From NCBI RefSeq assembly GCF_009914755.1, contig NC_060938.1: a stretch of 64,000 nucleotides of DNA. One strand, 5' to 3'. This DNA comes from the human T2T-CHM13v2.0 reference genome, Homo sapiens. Position numbers and translations under genes: made by a program. Positions 39,999 to 60,399 of this stretch are shown here, piece by piece (position 1 is the stretch's first letter; the number at the start of each line of letters is the position of its first letter). The notes below the pieces were generated by a model, which saw only the letters and a list, made by a program, of their open reading frames with translations, was not told where the DNA came from and did no database searches.

Positions 39999-40527
39999 AG
40001 TTTGGAATATAACTAAACAGTCTGATGCTATGTCTAGTGCTGGAGAAGCTAGTGACAAGAAAGCTGTATAACACACACAAAACATGTTTGGAAAATTAAA
40101 AAACAATAGAGCTTTCATAAGATTAAAATAATCATTGGAAAACAGAGGCCTACCCAGACTAGATTATTGATGATGGCTTCTATTTATGGTTAGACTGAAT
40201 ATAAAAATCTTATACCTCTAGGCAATCTAAGACATACAGTACTGTGTTAAAAATTTTGAGCTTTTATTTGTCATATGGTTGTGACTCTAGCAGAGGTTGG
40301 ATATATTCTTTATTAAAGTGTAGAATCCTCAAAATCTGCCTCTATAAATTTAAAACCTATAATCTTAGAAATATATAAAATCTTGACTTATAAAATTAAA
40401 TGTATAACTTAAAAATGATTAATTCTTTTAAAATGAAAATTTTAACTTTCTAATTTCTCTTTTAAGTGATTTTTAAGAAGATGATTTAGATAATGTAAAA
40501 GGATTGCATCTGTTAAATAACAAACTC

Positions 40528-41181
40528 CACTGGGTGCAGTGGCTTACACCTGTAATCTCAGCACTTTGGAGGCCTAGGCGGGTAGATCACAAGGTCAGGA
40601 GTTTGAGACCGGCTTGGCCAAGGTGGTGAAACCCTGTCTCTACTAAAAATACAAAAATTAGCCAGGCTTGGTGGTGGGCGCCCATAATCCCAGCTACTTG
40701 GGAGGCGTAGACAGAGAATTGCTTGAACCCGGGAGGCGGAGGTTATAATGAGTTGAGATAAAGCCACTGCACTCCAGCCTGGGTGACAGAGCGAGACTCT
40801 GTCAAAAAAAAAAAAAGAAAAAAAAGAAATACAAATTACTCCCCCTTACTCCTTTTTTGGGTATTCGTCTTGTTTTAAAAATCTTTTTGTGGCCTGGCGT
40901 GGTGGCTCAGGCCTGTAATCCCAGCACTTTGGGAGGCCAAGGCCGGTGGATCATGACGTCAGGAGATCGAGACCATCCTGGCCAACATGGTGAAACTCCA
41001 TTTCTATTAAAAATACAAAAATTAGCTGGGTGTGGTGGCGCATGCCTGTAATCCCAGCTACTCGGGAGGCTGCGGCACGAGAATTGCTTGAACCCGGGAG
41101 GCAGAGGTTGCAGTGAGCTGATCGCGCCACTGCACTCCAGCCTGGCGACAGAGCAAGACTCCGTCTCAAAAAAAACAAAAA
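40528..41181 (+). mobile_element. Two AluS elements (40528-40829, 40891-41181)
   Basis: Full dimers; the second has TSD AAAAATCTTTTTG. Confidence 0.9.
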
Positions 41182-42049
41182 TCTTTTTGAGAAACTTTTA
41201 GATATGGGACAATTAATGAATATCTAATACTATTCATTGTATGACTAGATTTCATTTTGGGGAGGCTTATTAATATAATTTAATTATTTTGAACAACAAG
41301 ATGAATTGGGTAGGTGTTTGTTAGAACTTCAAATACATTATAGTTGAAAACTTGAAACAGTAATACAAATGCAAGAATAAATATTCTTTTAGAAATAGGA
41401 AATGGTTTCAGATAATATGGAGAAAATATAAGGAAACAATTCAATAATAAAAACTATTGTTTGTAAGTAAATCAAGTTTGAGAGTTTCTGCTTTAATAAG
41501 TTGTTAAGGTTTGGATTCAGAGATCTGTTTCTCTTATAGTAAACATTTTTAATATAGGAACAGCTCAGGGAAATGGTTTCCATATGCTTCTTGAGGTGTT
41601 AACAATACACTTTTGGATTGGAAATGCAATATAAACCTAAACTACATTCTGGAAGGCAAAGTGGAGGAGCATTTCAATGGTAATATGTACAAGAAACCCT
41701 TGTGCTTTGTAGATTTGTGACTTATGGTTTTGTGAGTTCCTGGAACATTCAGGTTACTCTGCAAACCTGTAGTCTAACATACCTTGCTTTGTCTGGCCAG
41801 CTTACTGCCTTAGTCTGGCTCAGTATTTCTTTTTACTACAGTTTGTCCATCTGGGATCTTTTTTGGATACTCTACACTTGTGGGGAGAATTGAGGCCAGT
41901 TTTGGGGCCTATTTTAAGGGACTTAAGATACATAGAGGATGGCTGAAGAAAGTAAATAAAATCCAAGTGGTAATTATATCTGTGAGACCCTTCCGGGTTT
42001 TCTAATTGATCTTGGAGGCAAGAACAGTTCAGTTTTTTTTTTAATTTAA

Positions 42050-42659
42050 ATTTAAATTTTATTTATTTATTTATTTTGAGACGGAGACTTGCTCTGTTGC
42101 CCAGGCAAGAGTGCAATGGTGTGATCTTGGCTCATCGCAACCTCTGCCTGCTAGGTTCAAGTGATTCTTCTGCCTCAGCCTCCTGAGTAGCTGGGATTAC
42201 AGGCGCATGCCACCACACTTGGCTATTTTTTTTGTTTGTTTTGAGATGGAGTCTCACTCTGTCGCCAGGCTGGAGAGTAGTGGCACAATCTCAGCTCACT
42301 GCAACCTCCGCTCCCTGGTTCAAGTGATTCCCTTGCCTCAGCCTCCCAAGTAGCTGGGACTATAGGCACACGCCACCACACCCAGCTAATTTTTTTTGTG
42401 TTTTAGTAGAGACGGGGTTTCACCATGTTGGTCAGATTGGTCTCGATCTCCTGAACTTATGATCTGCCTGCCTCGGCCTCCCAAAGTGCTGGGATTACAG
42501 GCGTGAGCCACCATGACTGGCCTTATTTTTTGTATTTTTAGTAGAGTCAGTGTTTCGCCACATTGGCCAGGATGGTTTCGAACTCCTGACCTCAGGTGAT
42601 CCACCTGCTTCGACCTCCCAAAGTGCTGGGTTTATAGGCGTGAGCCACCGCGCCTGGCC
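42050..42659 (-). mobile_element. AluSx-like with AluSc-like nested in its linker
   Basis: Right arm, inner Alu (about 42226-42523), left arm. Confidence 0.9.
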
Positions 42660-43054
42660 CAGTTTAGTTTTTTGAATTATGGCTAACTTCATTCCTGCTT
42701 GAGGTTGAGTGTATAATATTATTGTATTACTCATTTATTAAGAGCTCCGGAATGTGTCTGCTCATAAATAGGTGGTTGTCTTCAATAGTATTTGTAATTT
42801 TGAAGAGTTACATGTTTAATAACTTTCTCCCTGGTTGACTTTTAAAGGTCTTGGTTGACTTCTTAAAAGTTTTGTTTTGGTTTTAAATGATATGTTCTAC
42901 AGAAACACAAGGACAAATTACAAAGGTTTTAGGAGTTATATCTCTGAACAGGATTTTTCTAACCTTTCTTTCAGGTAATATCAAAATCTTTCAAATGGAG
43001 GTGGAGAAGAGGGAGATGAGAATAACCTGGGAGGGTTTTAAAAATTACTACTAC

Positions 43055-43295
43055 TTATACAGAAATGTTTACTGTGTCCTAGGCATAATGCTGAATGCTC
43101 TTTATTCGTTATCTCATTTAATCTTTATAATAACTCTAATTGGTAGGTATTGTAAATATCCACTTTTTATGGATGAGGGAATTGAGGCTTAGAGATTCTA
43201 AGTAACTTGCCTAAGGAAACAAACTAGTAAATGGCTCAGCCTAGATTCAGCTAGGCCTCATTGATGACAAACCTTTGCTTCTGAATCACCATGCC
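43055..43295 (-). mobile_element. MIR
   Basis: ATGGATGAGGGAATTGAGGCTTAGAGATTCTAAGTAACTTGCCTAAGG. Confidence 0.8.
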
Positions 43296-43419
43296 ATAAT
43301 ACACTTTGTATAAACCCTTTTTGTTTTTCTCCTTTATATCAGAATGTGGATGATGGCAACGCTATGTGCATTTTCAAAAAGTTACCCTACTCCTAAGATT
43401 ATAATGTTGAGTTTACATT

Positions 43420-45810
<2,391 letters not shown>

Positions 45811-45899
45811 TAATGCCTGTATAAGGTGAGAATTTGTCCACTTTTTACTCTCCCTTCTGTTACTTCTTTTTCACGAATTTATGGTAGTGGCTCATACAT

Positions 45900-46335
45900 T
45901 AGTTTGCCTGCTTTTGCCTTTGTCCCTATAGTCTGCTTTCACACACAGTGGCCAAGAATGAGCCTTAAAATAAGTAATTTATGTTCTGCCACTTCTGTAT
46001 TCTAAACTCTGTAGTGGCTCCTCATTTCATGCAGAGTAGAAGCCAAAGTCCTTATAGCGTCCCTTCTGTCTTACATGATCATTCTCCAGCTTCTCTGATC
46101 TTATTACAATCCTTGCCTACCTCACTCTCTCTACTATCCTGAGCACTTTTCACCCTGCCCTACATTTTCTTCTTTCCCTAGCTCTTCTCTTCTAACACTA
46201 CGTAATTTATCTGTCCATGTTAGTATATAGGCTCTATGAGGGCAGGGATCATTGTTTTGCTTATTGAAGTATTCCTAATGCCTCAAACAGTGCCTGCTAC
46301 ATGATGGGCACCTAATGAATATTTATTGAATTGCT
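45900..46335 (+). mobile_element. L2 3' fragment
   Basis: GCTCTATGAGGGCAGGGATC...AACAGTGCCTG...AATGAATATTTATTGAAT. Confidence 0.75.
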
Positions 46336-46609
46336 TTGAATTTGGTGAAAAAGTGTCCATTTTCTATGATGGGTAAATTTTCTTTGAAGGTATTTTAGTT
46401 CTCTGAATAATAGGAGTTTTCTGTAAAACTAAACAATAATGGAGAGCAATTTTATGCTTGCTTTCAGTTGTACTGGAAGGTTTCATTTTCCCTTGTTGAA
46501 CACTTGTTTAGATGAATTAAAGAGCGCATTTTTAAGGGCTCTAAGATTATTTTTGATTATGAGTTTTATTACAGGGTAATCACTAGGGAATTTAAAATTA
46601 AGATCAAAA

Positions 46610-47703
<1,094 letters not shown>

Positions 47704-47809
47704 TGTTTTTTATTTTAATAAGTTGAAATTGTGATAGACTGTAGAGAAACTTTGAGAGTTGGAGTTGTTATGTTTGATGTAGTGAGTGGAAGTATTTTAC
47801 TAAGGTGTT

Positions 47810-50800
47810 ACATTCATTCAACCACTATTTGCACCAAAACACAGGGCTTGAGATACCAATAATGAGCATAACAAATGTGATCACTGTGTTCATGGAATAA
47901 TATATTTGGGGAGACAGATATTAAACACAAAAATTAAGAAATATAAGATTCTTGATTTTGATAAGTGGGCCATAAAAAGCAGGATATATATCAATTGGGG
48001 TTTGGTCAGGAAAGCAAAAACCACCCTAGATATTTCAAGCCATGAAGAATTTACTTCAGGCAATTACAGGCTTACAAACCTGTTAGGAAGGGCTAGACAG
48101 TAATGTAAGAGAAACTGCCCCATTCAGAAAGTCAGAAAGAACAGGAATTGTTGAAAAACTGCTGCTGCTGATTCCACTTGTCTCTTATGTTTGAAGCAGG
48201 TGGTTCACAGAAGAGTACCTGAAAGCTGTGAGTGAAACCTAATGTGTCATATGCTGATGCCCATGTGCTGTCCTTTGCTGTTGAAGGAACAGTAATGCTT
48301 CTGTTGTCTTTTTGCCTTCCAAAGCTTTTCAGATGTTTCTCAAGATGTTCTCAAGAGGTAGAAGCAAAACTGGAGCTTTGGTCTTAGGGATTTTGGAAAA
48401 TGAATGTAGTTTCCAGATTTCTAGTCCCTGGGAAGAGCACAGAATGATGAAAATGGTTTTAAGTTGCCAAGAGACAATCTGGCATAATTAGCTATGAGAG
48501 AAAATAACAGGGTCATCAATTTTAGATTGGATGGTAAAAAAGTCCTCTTTAAGGAGGAGATATTGTCTGATGGATAAGATCTTTTAAAAGACAGATCAAT
48601 TTCTAACAAGAATTTTGGCTGTTTTGTGGCACAAGTGGAGGAAGACTTAGGAGTAGGGATAATTTTTCCAGTAAGAGTCTTTCTAAAGAGGTGACATTTG
48701 ATTTGATACTTGAGTGATGAGAGGAGGCAGCCATGGGAAGATTGGGAAGAACAGAATGTATGGCTGAGAAGACAAATGCAGTTGCCCTAAGGCTTGAATA
48801 ACCTTGGCATGTTGGAAGGAAAGAAAGAAGAGAGGGGTAGAATGATAGGAATGAAGCTGGAGAGTTAGGTAGGGGTCAGGTCATGTAGTATCTTCAGTGG
48901 TGTGGTAAGTCATTTGTATTTTATGCTATTTAATATGAGACACCATTGGGTCATGAACAAGGGTGAGAAATGAGCTAATTTTCATTTTAAAGATACGATT
49001 TTGGCTGTTCTGTAGAGACTACATTTGGAGGAAGAAGGTGGGTAAGTGTTGGGGATAAGTAGTCGAAGTAAGGAGAACAGTTGGGAAATCTTAGCAGTAC
49101 TTCAAGTAATAAGTGATAGTGGCATATAACAGTGCAAATGGCCAAAAGCAGATGTATTTTAGATTGTATTTTAGATGTAGAGTCATCAGTCTTGGTATTA
49201 ATTAGATGTGGGTAATTAGGAAGTGGAAAAATCAAGGAAGCCTCCTAGGTTTTTGGCATTAGCAACTATGTGGATTGTGTGACATTTAGTGAAATAGGAA
49301 TAACTGGGGGAGGAGCAGATAGAGCAGTATGAAATAATCAAGTATTCTGCTTTGGACTTGTTATGTTTTGTCATTGTTTAGGAGTCAAAACTTGTCATGT
49401 TTTGTCATTGATTAGGAGTCATTGATTAGGTGGTTGGTTGAGCTGAGGGATGAGATCAGGGCCGTAATCAGATTTGGGAGGCACATTTACAGCTGTTTAG
49501 ACTGGATATGATCATTTGTAGGGGGAGAAGAATGCCCACGACATAACTCTGGAACACTTCAACTTTTAGGTGGTTTACAGAGGAAAAGCAGCCAGAAAAA
49601 GAAACAGAGAAAGAGAGACAGGTAATAGGAAAACTAGTTAAGTGTGAGGTCACAGAAGTCTAGAGAATAAAGTGTTCCCAGATGGAGGAAGTGGTCAGTT
49701 AATGCTGCTAAGAGGTGGTATTGGATGAGGACAGAAAATTCTTCTCTGTTAATTAACTATTGGCTTTGGCAAGATTGAGGATATTGGTAAAATTCATGAG
49801 AATTGTTTCAGTGGAAAGTCAGGAATAAAAGACTAATCAGAATGAGTTAAAGAGAATGGGACATAGCAGTATAGACAACTCTTGTTTCAGGAATTTTGCT
49901 GTGAATGGGAATGGGGAAATTGGGTAGTAGCTGCAAAGGAATGTAGAGTCAATTTAAAAAAATGGTTGTTGATATTAAGGTATGCTTGCATTCCAATAAG
50001 AATGATTCAGAAGAGGAAGAAACTCATAATGCAGGAGAAAGGGGAGATAATTATAAAAGTAAAATACTTGAGTAGGGATTAGGAAGTGGGATATAGAGCA
50101 TAACTGGAGGGGAGGTATTGACTTGTAGATAACAACAGAGATATTTTTTTCATTTTAACCTGAAGGAATGCAGTTAATATGGTTATAGAAACAGGTAGAT
50201 TGATGGCATTGGTGTTTAGAAATGAGATTATTTTTGTCTCTATAGTATGAGGCTAGGTCACTAGCTATGATTGAGGTGAGAATGGGAAATGTGAGAAGTC
50301 TGAGGAGAGAGAAGAAAGTATGAAATGGTTCATTCAGGGAATGGGAAAATGACTTTAATTAAAAATTGTAGAAGGAATGTCTGGCAGTGTTGAGTCTTCA
50401 TCTGAGATCTGTGGTGTTAATTTTAGTGTGAATAATTTTAGTGTGAACTTCAGTAAGGTTATGAGATGTTTTTCTTCAGCAAAATTTAGCTGCTCAGATA
50501 CAGTCATGGACTGGTAGATAGATGGCTTCAACCATAGATGGATCAGGTGGAACAACAGTGGAGAGGAGCAAGTGAGTTAAATGCATTTGCAAAGGATTGG
50601 TTTTAATTCTAGATGCTGTAATGTATGCTTGTGTAAGGATGAGGTTAGGACCTTGAGAGGGGTGATAAATAGGGAAAAGTAGTAGTGTCAGTGGATGGGA
50701 GCTCCTTGTGAGGTCAAAGGATAGAGTAGTGGTATTTAATGCAAGTCATCTGAAAGGAGAGGGAAAGGTGTTCAGAGAGTGAGATGCTAGAAACAGACAA

Positions 50801-51250
50801 CCCAGCAGAGAGATATATATATATTGATAATGACAAGATTGCAGGCTGAAGGTATGAGGGTGAGTGACTTAAGTGGGATGGGGCAAGAGATCATTGGAGT
50901 GAGGCAGTCCAAGGAATTAAATGTCTAGGATAATGCCTGGCTTATTTATGAGGATGTTCAAGTTGCCAAAAATGATGATAGGTATAGTGGTGAACAGGGA
51001 GACCAGACCATATAAGCCAGATGCTGAAAACTGTCCTGGGGGGGGAGGAGCAGATACTGTTAGGGGAGGCCATAACTGAGGATAAAGATGGTGGGATTCC
51101 AGAACTAGTATCACTGATTGAAGTGTCTGCAATATGAGTATGTATTACGTATTGAGAATACTTTGGATCATATTCACTATAAGTGGTTCCAGAGGGTGAT
51201 GGGGAGGACATGAGAATACAGTGATTGTGATCATGGCAGGAAAAAGGTGT
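47810..51250 (-). mobile_element. Long decayed L2 element (interrupted at about 47990-48660)
   Basis: L2 tail CATTCATTCAAC at 47811; purine-rich body (GAGGTGACATTTGA, CCTAGGTTTTTGGC); minus-strand IIIFGNLNI resembling the endonuclease ILGDFN motif near 50950-50980. Confidence 0.7.
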
Positions 51251-51287
51251 ACAACATTTAAATTTAAATGGACTTGTATAGTGTTGT

Positions 51288-51890
51288 GGTTTTTTTTGTT
51301 GTTGTTTGTTTGTTTTGGTTTTTGTTTTTTTGAGACAGAGTCTCACTCTCTTTGCCTAGGCTGGAGTGCAGTGGCATGATCATTGCCTGATGCAGCCTTG
51401 ACTTCCCGGGCTCAGGTGTTTCTCCTACCCCAGCCTCCTGAGTAGCTGGGATTACAGGTGCACACCACCACTCCCGGCTAATTTTTTTGTATTTTTAGTA
51501 GAGACAAGGTTTCGCCATGTTGCCCAGGTTGGTATGGAACTCCTGGGCTCAAGCAATCCACCTGCCTCAGCCTCCTAAAGTCCTGGGATTACAGGCGTGA
51601 GCCACCATGCCCAGCCTTTGAATAGTGTTTTAGGAAGTTAATTTGAGTAGTTGGGAGAAGGGGAAATATGCTTAAATAGCTTTAGGAAACTAGCTCTCTA
51701 GGTAAGGTATGTGTTTCTCTTTGTATAATCCCATTATTGACACTCTACTACATATAAGATTTTGTTTTTGGATGGGTGCAGTGGCTCATGCCTGTAATCT
51801 CAGCATTTTGGGAGGCTGAGTTGGGAGGATCGCTTAAGGCCAGGAATCTGAGACCAGCTTGGACAACACAGCAAGACCTCGTCTTTACTT
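51288..51890. mobile_element. AluJ-like (-, 51288-51617) and FLAM-like monomer (+, 51769-51890)
   Basis: Recognisable Alu sequence. Confidence 0.86.
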
Positions 51891-52299
51891 GTACCCCACC
51901 TCTCCCCCCCCAAAATTTTTGTTTTTCAGTCTATTTTAAAATTTTGATGTAGCATAAGCAGTCCAAATAAAGGTATTTGATTTAATCTCATGTATTTTCT
52001 GCATACTTTTAAATTTACAATTGTTTTCTTTACCTTCATATTGGATGTTTTTTTAATTGCTTGTATGGCTAGCCTGTTGAGGTCCTCTTTTTGCTTAGTC
52101 CCCCCATTCTCATTCCATAATACATATTGGGAAAAGATTATAATAAATATTGGGAAAAGGTTATCTCTACACTGATACCTTTCATGTTTACATCTTTGTT
52201 TACCATAGAGTCTGCTCTTGTGCCATCAAAGTATCTAACTGAATATAAAACATAGCATTAGGAGTATCTATCTTCTATAGATGCTATCTATAGAAGCAT

Positions 52300-54315
<2,016 letters not shown>

Positions 54316-54330
54316 AAGAAGCAAGTGGAT

Positions 54331-55740
54331 GGTCTTTACTTTTGAAACTCTTGGCGGGGAAGTGCTGTTGGAGCCGCTGTGGTTGCTGTCCGTGTAGTGA
54401 AAGCGCGTGCCTTTGTTTGTGTCCCTGGCCATGTGTCCCTGGCCATGGCGCTGCAGCTCTCCCGGGAGCAGGGAATCACCCTGCGTGGGAGTGCCGAAAT
54501 CGTGGACGAGTTCTTCTCATTCGGCATCAACAGCATTTTATATCAGCGTGGCATTTATCCATCTGAAATCTTTACTCGAGTGCAGAAATACGGACTCACC
54601 TTGCTTGTAACTACTGATCTTGAGCTCATAAAATACCTAAATAATGTGGTGGAACAACTAAAAGATTGGTTATACAAGTGTTCAGTTCAGAAACTGGTTG
54701 TAGTTATCTCAAATATTGAAAGTGGTGAGGTCCTGGAAAGATGACAGTTTGATATTGAGTGTGATAAGACTGCAAAAGATGACAGTGCACCCAGAGAAAA
54801 GTCTCAGAAAGCTATTCAGGATGAAATCCGTTCAGTCATCAGACAGATCACAGCTACAGTGACATTTCTGCCACTGTTGGAAGTTTCTTGTTCATTTGAT
54901 CTGCTGATTTACACAGACAAAGATTTGGTTGTACCTGGAAAATGGGAAGAGTCGGGACCACAGTTTATTACCAATTCTGAGGAAGTCTGCCTTTGTTCAT
55001 TTACTACTACAATCCACAAAGTAAATAGCATGGTGGCCTACAAAATTCCTGTCAATGACTGAAGATGACATGAGGAAATAATGTAATTGTAATTTTGAAA
55101 TGTGGTTTTCCTGAAATCAAGTCATCTATAGTTGATATGTTTTATTTCATTGGTTAATTTATACATGGAGAAAACCAAAATGATACTTACTGAACTGTGT
55201 GTAATTGTTCCTTTTGTTTTTTTGGTACCTATTTGACTCACCATGGAGTTAACATCATGAATTTATTGTGCATTATTCAAAAGGAACCAGGAGGTTTTTT
55301 TTTTGTCAACATTGTGATGTATATTCCTTTGAAGATAGTAACTGTAGATGGAAAAACTTGTGCTATAAAGCTAAGTGCTTTCCTAAATCAGATGTTTTGG
55401 TCAAGTAGCTTGACTCAGTATAGGTAGGGAGATATTTAATTATAAAATACAGCAAAGGAAGTCTAAATATTCAGAATCTTTGTTAAAGTCCTGAAAGTAA
55501 CTAATAATCTATAAACAATGAAATATTGCTGTGTAGCTCCTTTTGACCTTCATTTCATGCATAATTTTCCCTATCGAATCAGTTTCCAATTATTTGACTT
55601 TAATTTATGTAACTTGAACCTATGAAGGGATGGATATTTGTACTGCTTGATGTTCTGTGATACAGAACTCTTAAAAATTTTTTTTTGTGTTTTATAAAAT
55701 CAAGTTTTAAGTGAGGAAATAAGTTTGTTAAAAACAAAAA
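54331..55740 (+). pseudogene. MAD2L1P1: MAD2L1 processed pseudogene (5'UTR, CDS 54445-55062, 3'UTR, A-tail)
   Basis: Intronless MALQLSREQGITLRGSAEIV...VAYKIPVND, 206 codons in one frame, with premature TGA at codon 100 (54742-54744). A-rich tail 55730-55740. Perfect TSD AAGAAGCAAGTGGAT at 54316-54330 and 55741-55755. The P1 symbol is from recall of the human locus. Confidence 0.96.
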
Positions 55741-55954
55741 AAGAAGCAAGTGGATTTGTGTGGTGTAATTTGCCTGCTCATATAATCCACTCATTTTTCT
55801 ATAGCATCATTTATTGATTTGTAGAACCTCTTTATATAGTATGAATATTATCTTTTATGTATGATGAAAAAATTGTTTTCTAGTTTGTGGCAAGTCTTTT
55901 AATAGTATTGTGTTTCCCCTCCCACTTATGAAAAGTTTTAAATTTAAAATTGTT

Positions 55955-56068
55955 GTTTTTAGAGATGATGGGGTCTTGCTGATCTCAAACTCCTGACCTC
56001 AAGTGCTTCTTCAGCCTTGGCCCCCACAAAGTGCTGGGACTACAGATGTGAGCCACCACACCTGGCCT
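55955..56068 (-). mobile_element. Alu left-arm/FLAM fragment
   Basis: CTCAAACTCCTGACCTCAAGTG...GTGAGCCACCACACCTGGCC. Confidence 0.75.
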
Positions 56069-56420
56069 TAAATTTTGATAAAATGAAATTTATCAATCTC
56101 CTTTACATGGTTTAAATTTTTTTAGTTACTTTTAGGAAATTTCTGCCCTGATCTCGTAATTATATTCTCCTATAATTTGATAAAAGTTTAAAGTTTTCTC
56201 TTTGATCTTTAGTCATTTGTTCATAGGGGATTTCTTTTTGTGTATAGGGTGAAAGATAGGGATCTAGTTTTTTTCTCTCCTTATCTAGAAGCATCTCTCC
56301 TTATCTAGAAAGCATTTATTTAGTGTCTCAAGTATTTATTTAGTAGTCATTTATTTCCACATTGATTTGTAATACTACCTCTTTCCTATGCCGTATTTCC
56401 ATGTATGCATGGATTTTGTT

Positions 56421-56458
56421 TGTGTGTGTGTGTGTGTGTGTGATTTTTTTTTTTTTTT
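56421..56458. repeat. (TG)n microsatellite followed by poly(T)
   Basis: Directly visible. Confidence 0.95.
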
Positions 56459-57059
56459 AACAGAAGTATACTTGTTCCTTACAGTGTGCTGTTATGTTGG
56501 TGGTACATGAATCCATAGACATCTTCCTGGAATGTCAATTTTACCTAAAGAATATGAAAAAGATTGAGTAATTGAATAACTGGTAACTATTTGAGGACAT
56601 TTTTCAATGAAATAAGGCTGTTTGAATTATGGAGTCAAATAGAACTTTCATGAAGTTTTAGCTTTTTAAGCTAAAACGTGATACAATTTGAAGACATGTT
56701 GAGCTTATGGGGGACCATTTGAGGCCATTTCCCCAATTTTCCAGGAAGTTCATTCTTTATCATTTAAGAATACTGTGGTAGAAAAGGGTGAGAAGGACTA
56801 CCTTACATGGACTGTTTTTATTTTTTGTCAAAACGTTGTGTTTATTGTTCCATGTATACACTGTGTGTATTGATACCTTTATTTTTTTTGTGATCTCTGC
56901 CTGGAATGTCATCCTTCTTTCATATTTCAAGGCCAGCACATTTTTCATGGCCCAGCTCAATTCAACCTATTTCTTGAATCCTTTAACAGTTGTAATCCTT
57001 GTTACTGGCTCCTTTGAAATCTGGTCCTTACTGGGTATTCCTTGTATTAAGTAATATTT

Positions 57060-57300
57060 CTAATGGCTAATGTTTATTGAGAGTGTACTATGTGTCTGGT
57101 ATATTTCTAAGCATTTTACCTGTATTAACTAATGTAAATCTCATCAGCTCTGAAAGCTAGGTTTTTACCCCTATGTAGGTATTCTTTTTATTTCTCACAA
57201 GGAAGGAAACAGAGGCACAGAGAGGTTTAATAATTTAAATAAGGAAAAGCAGGCAAACTGGCTTCAGAGTCTGTGCCCTTAACCAGTATGCTCTGCTCCC
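57060..57300 (-). mobile_element. MIR
   Basis: GCTAATGTTTATTGAGAGTGTACTATGTG...AAGGAAACAGAGGCACAGAGAGGTTTAATAA. Confidence 0.8.
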
Positions 57301-58003
57301 TCTCAGTTGCTCAATAAATAATTGCTCAGGAATGAATTTACCACTTATATTAACACTTAGCAGACATAACTTTGTTCTGTTGTTTTATGGGTGTGTTCTT
57401 TCCTAACTATATAATACATCCCTGAAGGCAGGGATAAAATCTTATACTTCTTTATAGTATGGCTTTATATTTCATACTTCATTAGACGGATTTACTACTT
57501 ATAACAAATCCCTAGTAGATGTTCGTAGGTGATGATAATGAATTTGGTATGACCTTTAGATTTGCCATAGAGTAACATAAACCTAATCATTCATTGTCAA
57601 GTGGGTCTAAGCTTTCTAATAAGACCTGTTGGTTTGAATACTCCAGAACCACAGATAAATAACACTATGAGATCTCCTGGTTCTGAAGCTGTGGGGTTTG
57701 GCTAGACCTGTAACATTCTATTCAGTTGGTAGAGAGATCCCCAGAGATTAGGTGACAGATTTCTGGCCTGCACTTAAACTATGACCTGGACAGGTCATTT
57801 TGTCTTGCTATCTGTAAAAGGAGAAAATCATATTTAGTGCAGCTTTTATTTTTAAATCATGGTCTTTATGTAGACCATGCTTTTTAGAAGCAAAGTTATG
57901 TACCTTCAAAGTAGCATATTCTCTTACTTTGTTATAATAATACATACCATTATGTTGGTACAAATTTGGAAGAATGTATTATTACCAGCAAAGCTGTGCT
58001 CTA

Positions 58004-59619
<1,616 letters not shown>

Positions 59620-60399
59620 GCTAGCACTCAGTGAACATTTACTATGTATCAGGAATTGATTTAAGTTCTTTTACCTATAATAACTCATTTAATTAAGTTG
59701 ATTGTTGGGTGGCCATTTGATTTTTTAAAAGGTTTCCATTTCCCCCTCTTTATTAGTGTAATTCAAAAATAGTTGTCAATACTAATCAGAAAAATAAAAA
59801 ATTACAAATATAAAATATAACTTAGGTTTTGAAACAATCTGGGGAACGGGTCTCAAACTTGTCTGTTATTTTATTAATTGATTTTCCCTAGTGTTTATTA
59901 GGGATTTAAATGATTAATTGAAAATGTTAGCAAATGTTGAGCAAACATTGATATACTTTGCTTTCAAGAAAACAAAAATGAGAACATTGTATTTTTAGAA
60001 CTATTTCACCTTGAGTTAAGCATTGCTTGTCATAAACCAAATACAGTTCTTGCCTTCATAGCCCCACATTCTCTGTATGGATCTTCTGGAATTTTCTGTT
60101 GTTGAGGTAGGAGATGATAGTTTATTCTCACACATCTGCTTTATATAGCTTATATAATTTAGTCTATAATTATTTGCTAGTATCAACTGTTTTTAATTGA
60201 TTCACAAGAATGTATATTCTTGTACTCATCAAACATTTGAGGGTTCAGCTTTGCATTTGACAAGGCACCTGGCATAGTACTGAGAGGATAGCCAACTGTT
60301 TAGCTTAAATATTTGAGGACCTAATGAATAGAAATAGCATCTTGACTAGTTGTTATATTTTATTCTATTTAAAAGGTCATAATAATGGATGCTTGATAA

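Noticed and set aside
54451-54460. In-frame MNAT1 exon 1-MAD2L1P fusion via the CTGCAG acceptor
   Set aside because: Exon 1 ends in phase 2 while this AG falls at a MAD2 codon boundary, so the fusion would be out of frame. The polypyrimidine tract is also weak.
56274-56314. 20-bp tandem duplication TCTCTCCTTATCTAGAA(A)GCA
   Set aside because: Real, but a routine slippage duplication with no sign of function.
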